DNA of 46,364 nt, from NCBI GenBank assembly GCA_040905425.1, contig JBBDRO010000024.1:5719-52082 (forward strand), in the 5' to 3' direction. Position numbers and translations under genes: made by a program. This document shows positions 18,900-26,437 of this stretch, one piece after another. Numbering within the stretch: the stretch's first letter is position 1; each line of letters opens with the position of its first letter. The notes beneath the pieces were generated by a model, which was given only the letters and a program-made list of their open reading frames with translations, searched no databases and was not told the DNA's origin. This DNA comes from Gemmatimonadota bacterium. Lineage in GTDB: Bacteria > Gemmatimonadota > Gemmatimonadetes > Longimicrobiales > RSA9.

Positions 18900-19540
18900 G
18901 GGGACGCCACCTCCGCCACGGACTCCCAGGTCATGGCGCCGGTGCGGAGGGCGGGGTGCGTCACCAGGAGGTGCCAGAGCACGCCCTGGAAGGCCTCCGT
19001 GTGCGGCGTGACGGCCGCGCCGTTGACCACGGGTACCACCAGGGCCACATCGGCATGCGCCGCAGTGTAGCCGCCGTCCCGTCCCACGATGCCGAACACG
19101 GCCGCGCCCACCCGGCGGGCGTGGTCCACGGCGCGCACCAGGCCGGCGCTCACGGCCGGCGTGCGGCTGCCGCCGCCTACGGAGAGGACGAAGATGGCGT
19201 CGGCCGGCCCCAGGCGGCTGCCGCGCAGCCACGCCTCGTGGACGGTTTCCCAGCCATCGTCGTTCGTGCGGGCCGTGAGCTCGGCCACGTTCTCTGTGGC
19301 GGCGTACGCCTCGAAGCCCGCCAGCTTGCGGAAATCCGCCGCGGCGTGGGATGCATTGGCCGCGCTACCGCCCGCGCCCAGGAAGAAGAGGCGACCGCCC
19401 CGCCCGCGCACCTTCACCAGCTGCGCCACGAGGCTCTCGACCATCCGCGGGTCGATCCGCCGGGCGATGTCCGCCGTTTCCGCCAGGTAGCGGGCGGCAT
19501 GACTGCCGGCCCCGTCTGCCAGGTTCTGATCTGCGCTCAA
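18896..19540 (-). CDS. gmhA: SIS-domain phosphosugar isomerase, GmhA-like (divergent)
   Basis: TTGA overlap start; 'FFLGAGGSAANASH', 'LTARTNDDGW', 'LSVGGG', 'VGRDGG', 'TEAFQGVLWH'. Confidence 0.8.
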   Translation of the reverse strand: MSADQNLADGAGSHAARYLAETADIARRIDPRMVESLVAQLVKVRGRGGRLFFLGAGGSAANASHAAADFRKLAGFEAYAATENVAELTARTNDDGWETVHEAWLRGSRLGPADAIFVLSVGGGSRTPAVSAGLVRAVDHARRVGAAVFGIVGRDGGYTAAHADVALVVPVVNGAAVTPHTEAFQGVLWHLLVTHPALRTGAMTWESVAEVASP

Positions 19541-20073
19541 ACCGTGCCCTCCGCTGCTTCCAGGATGGCGCTCACCGCGCCGTCGAGATCGGCGCTGGCC
19601 AGGGTGCTCCGGGTGCCGGCGTTGTAGGGGCGGCTGAGCAGCACCGTGGTGCAACCGGCCGCCCGTCCCGCCGCCATGTCCTTCCAGCCGTCTCCCACCA
19701 GGAACGAACGACGCGGATCCACCCGCCAGCGCTCCGCCAGCGTGTGGATCATGCCCGGCAGCGGCTTGCGGCATCCACAGCCGTCCCGGTCGTCGTGCGG
19801 GCACCAGGCCACGTCGTCCACACCGGTTGCCCGGCCCACGCGCTCCATCATCTCCGCCAGTACCGCGGGGGGGAGCAATCCCCGCGCCACATCAGGCTGA
19901 TTCGTCACCACCAGGGTACGGAAGCCGGCCTCCCGCAGGCGTGCGACGGCCGCAGCGGCGCCCGGGACGAGTTGCAGCTCCTCCACGGACCGCGGCGAGG
20001 CCGGCCGGCCGGCGCGCATGACCACATGGTTCAGCACGCCATCGCGATCCAGAAAGACGGCGCGCGCGCTCAT
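19537..20073 (-). CDS. gmhB: HAD-IIIA phosphatase, heptose-bisphosphate phosphatase GmhB-like
   Basis: FLDRDGVLN, VVTNQP, CPHDDRDGCGCRKPLPGM, FLVGDGWKD. Confidence 0.88.
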   Translation of the reverse strand: MSARAVFLDRDGVLNHVVMRAGRPASPRSVEELQLVPGAAAAVARLREAGFRTLVVTNQPDVARGLLPPAVLAEMMERVGRATGVDDVAWCPHDDRDGCGCRKPLPGMIHTLAERWRVDPRRSFLVGDGWKDMAAGRAAGCTTVLLSRPYNAGTRSTLASADLDGAVSAILEAAEGTV

Positions 20074-21089
20074 GCGGGGATCGGCACGGCGGCGCCCTCA
20101 CGCGCGGCCCGATACACGGCGTCGATCATACGCATGGCCGCCACGCCCTCGGCGGCACCGCTGCCGTCGCCGGCACGCACGCGGCCCACGTAGGCGGCCC
20201 ATTCGCGGCACCACGAGCCGTCGGGTCCCTCAAAGACGCGCTCCTCCATGCGGGGCACGCCGCCGGCTTGGTTGCGCTCCACTACGATGAGGCGCTCCAC
20301 CCCGTAGCTGCCGCCCAACCCCTCCACGACCACGGCGCCCCGCTCGCCGTGCACCTCGAAGGAAAAGAGGTTCTTCCACTGCGTCATACTGACGTGGAAC
20401 TGCCCCACCGCGCCACCCTGGAAGGTGAAAAGGGCAAAGGCATTGTCCTCGAGCGGCTCCAGAGGCCACACGGCCGTCTGCACGATTCCCTGCGCGGCGG
20501 TGGCGGGGCCGGCGAACCAGCGGAACAGGTCGGCCAGGTGCACCCCCTGGTCGAGCAGCTCGCCGCCGCCGGCCAGTTCGGGGTCCGCCCGCCATTCCCG
20601 CTCGCAGCCCGGGCGGGCACCGTGACCGTAGCGCGCGCGGAGCTGGATTACGCGCCCGATGCGCCCCTCCCGCACCAGCCGGTGCGCCTCCTCCAGCCCC
20701 GGGTGGTGCCGGTGGTTGAACCCCACCGCCAGGACGCGCCCCGCCGCCTGTGCCGCGGCCGCCATGCGCTCCGCCTCGGCGGCCGAGCGGCCCATGGGCT
20801 TCTCCACCAGCACGTGGCGGCCGGCGGAGAGCGCCCGGCAGGCCACATCGGCCAGGTGCCCGTTGGGGGTGGCCGCCACCACCGCGCCCACGCTCGGATC
20901 GTCCAGCGCCTCGTCCAGGGAGGAGGCCACCCGGGCGCCGTGCTCCCCTGCGAGCGCGGCCGCGCGCGCACCGTCCGGGTCCACCACGCTCACCAGGCGC
21001 GTGTCCACGTGGGCCGCCACGCAGCCGGCGCGGCGCCCGCCGATGAGGCCGCAGCCCACCACGACAACGCCCAGGGGAGCGCCGCTCAC
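20070..21089 (-). CDS. Gfo/Idh/MocA family oxidoreductase
   Basis: GTGA overlap start; VVGCGLIG, ATPNGHL, HVLVEKPM, VGFNHRH, GGGELLDQGVHLAD. Confidence 0.92.
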   Translation of the reverse strand: MSGAPLGVVVVGCGLIGGRRAGCVAAHVDTRLVSVVDPDGARAAALAGEHGARVASSLDEALDDPSVGAVVAATPNGHLADVACRALSAGRHVLVEKPMGRSAAEAERMAAAAQAAGRVLAVGFNHRHHPGLEEAHRLVREGRIGRVIQLRARYGHGARPGCEREWRADPELAGGGELLDQGVHLADLFRWFAGPATAAQGIVQTAVWPLEPLEDNAFALFTFQGGAVGQFHVSMTQWKNLFSFEVHGERGAVVVEGLGGSYGVERLIVVERNQAGGVPRMEERVFEGPDGSWCREWAAYVGRVRAGDGSGAAEGVAAMRMIDAVYRAAREGAAVPIPA

Positions 21090-22096
21090 TGCCAGTCCTG
21101 GCCGCGGTCCCGCGGCACGATGCGGCGCAAGGTGAAGAGATCCGATCCCGCGATCCGGTCGGCGTGGGAGGGCCAGTCGGCCCAGGCGTCCCAGGGCGCG
21201 GCCAGCAACCGTCCCGTGATGCCCGCGGCCTCGTCCGAGAGCAGGAAGGCGGCGGCCTGCGCGGCCAGCACGGGGGGCACGCCGCCGGCGGCAAGCTCCG
21301 CCCGGGTCCGCTCCAGGTACGCGGCGCCCGCCCGCTCGCCGGCTTGCAGCGTGGCCTGGTGCATGGCGGTGGCCACGAAGCCGGGGGCCAGGCTGTTCAC
21401 CCGGATGCCGCGCGGCGCCCACTCCATGGCAAGCGTTTCGGCCAGGCGCACCACGCCGGCCTTGGCGGCGGCATACGCTGTATAGTTGGGAAAAGGTGAG
21501 GTGCCGCCCCCGCCCGAGAAGAGCACGATGCTGCCCCCTGCGGCATCCATGCCTGCGGCCGCGGCCCGTGCCGCCAGGAAGGTGCCGTGCAGGTCCACAC
21601 GCACGGCCTCGAGCCACGCGGCCGGATCCACCTCGAGCGCGGGGCCGATCGGCCCGATGATGGCGGCGGCGTGTACCAGACCGTCCAGGCGGCCGAAGCG
21701 GGCGCGGGTGGCCGCCACGGCGGCGTCCATGGCGCCCGGCGCCGCCACGTCCGCCGCATGCACCAGCACGCGCTCAGCGGCGGGCGGGACGTCCGCCGCC
21801 CGTTCTCTGGAGTCCGCCGCCCGTTCTCTGGAGTCCGCCGCGCGTTCGCCCGGTTCCGCCGCGCTTTGTCCAGGGTCCGCCGCAGGTGCTCCGGGGTCCA
21901 TCGCGAGCTCTGCCGCGAGCGCCTCCAGCGCCGGTGCACCGCGTGCCACCAGGGTCACCACCGCGCCGCGGGCCACGAGTTCCGCGGCACACGCCCGACC
22001 GATGCCGCCGCTGGCCCCCGTCACCACCACGGCGCGTCCGGCCAGGCTGGCGCCGGACACGCCGTCCTCTTCCCGCTCGGGCCGGGGGGCCCGCAT
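21086..22096 (-). CDS. Short-chain dehydrogenase/reductase (alternative GTG start at 22060)
   Basis: TGASGGIG, FSGGG, YAAAK, VNSLAPGFVAT; carries a 7-aa repeat insertion. Confidence 0.9.
   Translation of the reverse strand: MRAPRPEREEDGVSGASLAGRAVVVTGASGGIGRACAAELVARGAVVTLVARGAPALEALAAELAMDPGAPAADPGQSAAEPGERAADSRERAADSRERAADVPPAAERVLVHAADVAAPGAMDAAVAATRARFGRLDGLVHAAAIIGPIGPALEVDPAAWLEAVRVDLHGTFLAARAAAAGMDAAGGSIVLFSGGGGTSPFPNYTAYAAAKAGVVRLAETLAMEWAPRGIRVNSLAPGFVATAMHQATLQAGERAGAAYLERTRAELAAGGVPPVLAAQAAAFLLSDEAAGITGRLLAAPWDAWADWPSHADRIAGSDLFTLRRIVPRDRGQDWQ
21791..21895 (-). repeat. In-frame 21-bp tandem repeat, 5 copies (2 identical)
   Basis: + strand units gtccgccgcccgttctctgga x2 followed by three degenerate copies; encodes PGAPAAD-PGQSAAE-PGERAAD-SRERAAD-SRERAAD. 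Confidence 0.9.
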
Positions 22097-23139
22097 CAGG
22101 AGGGCGCCGGCGGACCGTGCGTGCGTACCGCGGGCGCCGCGGCCAGGTTGGCAATGACCTTGGTCCCCTCGTGCTCCACCGTGTAGTGCAGGCGCGGCAT
22201 GCCGCGCTCGAGCATGAAGCGCTCCAGACGCCGGTGATCGGCGGGGCAGTACAGCATGAGGAAGCCGCCGCCGCCGGCCCCGGCCACCTTGCCGCCCAGC
22301 ACGCCGAATTCCTGCCGCACGTGCTCGTAGAGCTCGTCCATGGCGCCCACCGAGACGCGGGGCGAGAGGCGCCGCTTGGCGCACCAGTGCTCGTGCAGCA
22401 GGTGCCCCCAGCGATCGTAATCCTCCTCCTCCACGGCGGCCAGCACGCGCTGCCCGATGTCCTTGATGCGCAGGAGGGCGTCCGCCACGGTATGCCCGGA
22501 ATCCGGGCCGTTCCTCATGGCGTGGTCCTGGGCATGCAGCACGTCGGACGCCTGGCGCCGCACCCCCGTGTAGTAGATGTGCGTGTTGGCGGCGAAGGCC
22601 TCGGCCGCCCCGCTCGGCACCTCCACGGTACGCACCTGCACGGTGCCGTCGCGGGCAATGTCCAGGACGGTCATGCCGCCGAACGCCGCCATGTACTGGT
22701 CCTGCTTGCCCACGCGCTTGCCCAGCACATCCATCTCGATGCGGCAGGCCTCCTCCGCCAGCACCGCCAGCGGCACGTGATCCCGCCGGTGCTGATGGAG
22801 CGCCAGCAGCAGCCCCACCAGGTAGGCCCCCGAGGAACCCAGGCCCGTTCCATCCGGCACGTCGGCCATGGAGGAGATTTCCATGCGACGTTCGATGCCA
22901 TTCATGCGCAACGCCTCGCGCGCCAGTTCATGGCTCAGCTCGTCCACGTGATCCACCGTCTCGCTCCGGCTGTAGTGCAGCCGGATGCGGGAGTCCACGA
23001 GGGGCGGGTTCACCATGATGTACATGTACTTGTCGATGGCCATGGCAAAGACGAATCCGCCATGCTTCTCGTAGAACGACGGCAGGTCCGTGCCCCCGCC
23101 TCCCAGCGTCAGCCGGAAGGGCGTGCGCGTCATGATCAT
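22096..23139 (-). CDS. GHMP sugar-phosphate kinase, HddA/LmbP-like
   Basis: TRTPFRLTLGGGGTDLP, GTGLGSSG, GKQDQY, GGKVAGAGGGGF. Confidence 0.9.
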   Translation of the reverse strand: MIMTRTPFRLTLGGGGTDLPSFYEKHGGFVFAMAIDKYMYIMVNPPLVDSRIRLHYSRSETVDHVDELSHELAREALRMNGIERRMEISSMADVPDGTGLGSSGAYLVGLLLALHQHRRDHVPLAVLAEEACRIEMDVLGKRVGKQDQYMAAFGGMTVLDIARDGTVQVRTVEVPSGAAEAFAANTHIYYTGVRRQASDVLHAQDHAMRNGPDSGHTVADALLRIKDIGQRVLAAVEEEDYDRWGHLLHEHWCAKRRLSPRVSVGAMDELYEHVRQEFGVLGGKVAGAGGGGFLMLYCPADHRRLERFMLERGMPRLHYTVEHEGTKVIANLAAAPAVRTHGPPAPS

Positions 23140-23912
23140 GCGCCCACCCGGCCGCTCGCCACCAGCTGCTGCGCGGCCGCGAAGCGCTCGGGCGTATCGA
23201 GGCCGAGGCAGAACGCACCGTCTTCCAGAACGTGGGCCGTCAGCCGCCCCGCTGCCGCCAGCCCCGGCAGCACGTCGTGGCCGAAGTCGGCGAAGCCCGG
23301 TGGGACCTCGGTCGCCACCTCAGGCTCCAGCAGGTAGACGCCCGCGTTCACGTGCGCGCCGTGGCCATCATTACCGCCTTCATGGAATGCGCTCACGGCA
23401 TCACCGGTGACGCGCACGCGGCCACCCGAGCCACCGGTACAGGTGTGCCGGTCCGGGTCGTAGAGCGCCACCGTGCCGGGTCTCGCCGCCGCCCGGTGAG
23501 CGGCCAGGAGCAACGTCAGGTCGAAGCGCATGAAGTTGTCACCGTACACCACCAGGCTGGTGCTGCGCCAATGCTCCGCCAGCCGGCGCCACCCCCCGGC
23601 GGTACCCAGGATCTCCTCCTCCTGACTGTAGCGGAGCCGGACGCCCTCCGTTTCTTCACCAAGGGCGGCGCGGATGGCGGCCGCGCCGTGGTGCAGATTG
23701 ATCCACACGCTGCCCACACCCCACTCCGCCAGCCAGCGGAGATTCCACCCGAGCAGGCTCCGGCCTGCCACGTCCAGCAGCGGCTTCGGGGTGGCGCCGG
23801 CCACGCCGGCGATGCGACTGCCCCGCCCCGCCGCCAGCACCAGGACCCCCAGATCCGCCGGCGCGCCCGGCTTGGGCCGTGGCTCGTCGGCGGATAGCTC
23901 GATGCCGCTCAC
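23136..23912 (-). CDS. Sugar-1-phosphate nucleotidyltransferase, HddC/LmbO-like
   Basis: GTGA overlap start; LAAGRGSRI, PKPLL, LGTAGG, VYGD, VNAGVYLL; no hexapeptide C-terminal domain. Confidence 0.88.
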   Translation of the reverse strand: MSGIELSADEPRPKPGAPADLGVLVLAAGRGSRIAGVAGATPKPLLDVAGRSLLGWNLRWLAEWGVGSVWINLHHGAAAIRAALGEETEGVRLRYSQEEEILGTAGGWRRLAEHWRSTSLVVYGDNFMRFDLTLLLAAHRAAARPGTVALYDPDRHTCTGGSGGRVRVTGDAVSAFHEGGNDGHGAHVNAGVYLLEPEVATEVPPGFADFGHDVLPGLAAAGRLTAHVLEDGAFCLGLDTPERFAAAQQLVASGRVGA

Positions 23913-24862
23913 GCGGCGCCCGCGGCGCCGTCCAGGACATGGGCGCGGATGTAGTCGATCGAGCGACGGAGCCCCTCCTCCAGCGGCACCCTGGGTTCCC
24001 ACCCCAGCGCGCGCGCGGCGCCGATGTCGGCGCACGTACGCTCCGCCTCGCCGGGCAGGTCGGGCGCTCGCAGCGGCTCCACGGGGCTGTCGAGGAGGCG
24101 GGCCACCAGCGCAAAGATCTCGGCTACCGAATGGTCCCGGCCGGCGCCGAGGTTGAACGTGCCCCCCACGGTACGCTCGTCCAGCAGACAGCGCACGTGA
24201 AAATCGTTCACGTCGTCCACGTACACGAAATCGCGGCGTTTCTGGCCGCTACCGAAGATGGTGGGCTGCTGCCCGCGCAGCAGATGGAGGATGAAGGCGG
24301 TCATCACCGGCGGCACCGTGCGGCGATAATCCTGGCGGGGCCCGTAGACGCAGAAGTAGCGCAGGGCGGTGAGCGCCAGGCCCCGTGCGCGACCGTGGCT
24401 CATGGCAAACGCCCGCGCAGCGGCCTTGCTGGTGGCGTAGACGCTGCGGGGCGCATGCACCTCCTCGGGCGTCGGGAACCGGTCCGTGCCCTCGTAGAGC
24501 GCCGAGGATTCGGCGTAGATCACGCGCCCCACGCCGGCCCGGACCGCGGCTTCCAGCACATTGACCGTGCCCACGACGTTCACGGACGCCGTCTCCACGG
24601 GCGCCAGCTCGCAGTCGGAGACGCAGTTCTTGGCCGCCAGGTGAAAGATGGCGGAGGCGCCGCGAAAGACGCGGTCCAGCTCCGCGTTGCGGATGTCGAG
24701 CTCGTGGAAATCCACGCCCGCGGGGACCTGTTCGATCACCCCCTGTGAGAGGTCATCCACACCCACGACGTGCCAGCCGTCCGCCAGGAGACGCTCCGCC
24801 AGATTGCTGCCGATGAAGCCCGCCACGCCCGTCACGACGATGGGCCCGTCCGCGGCGGTCAC
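23909..24862 (-). CDS. NAD-dependent nucleotide-sugar epimerase/dehydratase
   Basis: GTG start overlapping upstream TAG; VTGVAGFIGSNL, HLAA, YATSK, RYFCVYGPRQ, RDFVYVDD. Confidence 0.92.
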   Translation of the reverse strand: MTAADGPIVVTGVAGFIGSNLAERLLADGWHVVGVDDLSQGVIEQVPAGVDFHELDIRNAELDRVFRGASAIFHLAAKNCVSDCELAPVETASVNVVGTVNVLEAAVRAGVGRVIYAESSALYEGTDRFPTPEEVHAPRSVYATSKAAARAFAMSHGRARGLALTALRYFCVYGPRQDYRRTVPPVMTAFILHLLRGQQPTIFGSGQKRRDFVYVDDVNDFHVRCLLDERTVGGTFNLGAGRDHSVAEIFALVARLLDSPVEPLRAPDLPGEAERTCADIGAARALGWEPRVPLEEGLRRSIDYIRAHVLDGAAGAA

Positions 24863-25614
24863 TACAGACTGTACCCCGCGCTGCGGCCATCCTCGTAGAA
24901 CATGGCCACCGTCTCCCGGGAGAAGGCCTCCAGATCCTTGCCACGCAGCGTCAGCTTGGCCAGGAGGTCCGCCGTGAGGACGATGATGTCCACGCCGCAC
25001 GCGTCCGCCTGATAGACGTTCAGAACCTCACGTGGGCTGGCCCACAGGAGACGCAGGCCCGGCACGGCATGGCAGATCTCCGCCGCTTCCCGCATCAGAG
25101 GGCACGGATCCACCCCGGTATCGGCGATGCGTCCAGCGAAGACCGAAACGATGGCCTGGGCACCCGGAGGCAGCGTATCGGCCACCTCCCCGACCTGGCG
25201 CAGCGTCATGGCCGCGGTGACGTTGACCCGTAGCCCCTCGCCAGCGAGCTCGGCGACCACGGGAGCCGTCGACACACCCGCCGTGGTGCAGACCGGAACC
25301 TTGACGAACACGTTAGGGCCCCAGCTGCCGATCTCGCGGGCCTCGCGCGCGACCCCCTCGAGGTCGTCGGCCAGCACCTCGAAGGAGATGGGCATGCCGC
25401 CGACCCGCGCCAGCGCCTGGCGGGCGAATTCGCGGTAGTTGCGGACGCCCGCCTTCGCGGCCAGCGTGGGATTCGTGGTGAAGCCCTCGGCCACGCCATC
25501 CTGGATGGCGGCCTCCATGTCCGACAGGGAAGCACCGTCGAAATATACCGCCACGCGCAGATCCCCGGAGGGTGCGGTCTGGACGCGGGGCAGGGTAAGG
25601 CTCTTCACACTCAT
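24862..25614 (-). CDS. tal: Transaldolase (small TalC-type)
   Basis: GFTTNPTL, ISFEV, VFVKVP (Schiff-base Lys), VNVT, SVFAGRI, LLWASPRE. Confidence 0.9.
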   Translation of the reverse strand: MSVKSLTLPRVQTAPSGDLRVAVYFDGASLSDMEAAIQDGVAEGFTTNPTLAAKAGVRNYREFARQALARVGGMPISFEVLADDLEGVAREAREIGSWGPNVFVKVPVCTTAGVSTAPVVAELAGEGLRVNVTAAMTLRQVGEVADTLPPGAQAIVSVFAGRIADTGVDPCPLMREAAEICHAVPGLRLLWASPREVLNVYQADACGVDIIVLTADLLAKLTLRGKDLEAFSRETVAMFYEDGRSAGYSL

Positions 25615-25666
25615 GGACGCTCGCTGCTCTGTGGTCGGTGCGGTGAATGGATCCGTTCGCAGACTG

Positions 25667-26230
25667 TCATGTGCCCTTGAGGGGCTCCAGAAGCGCCACG
25701 TCGAAATCCACTTCCAGACCCTGGCCGATGGCCTTCAATCCGATCAGCACCCGCCGCCGGTTGCGTTGCTCCACCACCACCCCCTTCACGCCCTGGAACG
25801 GACCCTCCTTGACCCGCACCCACTGCCCCTCGGCCAGAAACGGACGCACAACCAGTTCCACCTTGGCATTCACGAGCGCGTTGGCAAAGCACCGCACGTT
25901 CTCGATCTCGTCCGGATGGATGGCCACGGGGCGCCCGTTGGAGCGCACCACGGTGGCCAGACCCGGGATGCCCAGCACGCGATGGATCTCCGTTTCCCGG
26001 AAGCGGCCGAAAACATAGCTGGGGAAGAGGGGCCACGCGACCACCTTCTTGCGGTCCTTCCACTGGGTCTCCCTGGGCACCAGTGGCAGAAAACTTTCGA
26101 ATCCGCCCCGACACAGCATGGTCTCCACACGCTTCTCGTGACGGGAGCGGGTGTAACAGGCGTACCACGACGGCTCGGGCGCGGGTTCGCCGCTTCGTTC
26201 CAGTGCGTGTGCTAATGAAGAAGGGCTCAT
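25667..26230 (-). CDS. Specialized NusG paralog, UpxY/RfaH/LoaP-like transcription antiterminator
   Basis: AGGA RBS; NGN domain 'WYACYTRSRHEKRV...FLPL...QWKDRKKVVAWPLFPSYVF'; KOW motif 'GQWVRVKEGPFQGVKGVV'; first gene of the polysaccharide operon. Confidence 0.9.
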   Translation of the reverse strand: MSPSSLAHALERSGEPAPEPSWYACYTRSRHEKRVETMLCRGGFESFLPLVPRETQWKDRKKVVAWPLFPSYVFGRFRETEIHRVLGIPGLATVVRSNGRPVAIHPDEIENVRCFANALVNAKVELVVRPFLAEGQWVRVKEGPFQGVKGVVVEQRNRRRVLIGLKAIGQGLEVDFDVALLEPLKGT

Positions 26231-26262
26231 ATCCTGATTCGCTGGTGGATGATCCGCCGCAC

Positions 26263-26301
26263 GCCCCAGGCCGGTCCAACGCACGACCGGCGAGGTGGGG
26301 C
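26263..26301 (-). promoter_or_regulatory. Extended stem-loop in the 5' leader of the antiterminator gene
   Basis: mRNA sense GCCCCA-cctc-GCCGGTC-gtgcgttg-GACCGGC-c-TGGGGC. Confidence 0.5.
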
Positions 26302-26378
26302 TCGATGCGCATGCCACGGGAGCTGGGGAGGGGCACCCCGGCCGCGGGGGCGGCGCACGGAGCCTGCTTCCTCAGCCC

Positions 26379-26408
26379 AAAGTAAACCGCAGGGTGTACT
26401 GCTAGCAA
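26379..26408 (-). promoter_or_regulatory. Candidate sigma70 promoter of the antiterminator/polysaccharide operon
   Basis: TTGCTA, 18 nt, TACTTT on the - strand, in an AT-richer patch of the 207-bp intergenic region. Confidence 0.6.
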
Positions 26409-26437
26409 AGGTCGCACCACTCCGGAGGGTTCCCGGC

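Noticed and set aside
16872..19070. Very long alternative-frame and antisense ORFs, e.g. 732 aa at 16872-19070 (+), 565 aa at 10076-11773 (+), 569 aa at 28643-30352 (+)
   Set aside because: They are shadows of well-supported genes in high-GC DNA with few stop codons; the translations are low-complexity or motif-free
25611..26420. 269-aa ORF overlapping the transaldolase start
   Set aside because: It is an alternative frame over the NusG paralog, which has clear NGN and KOW motifs
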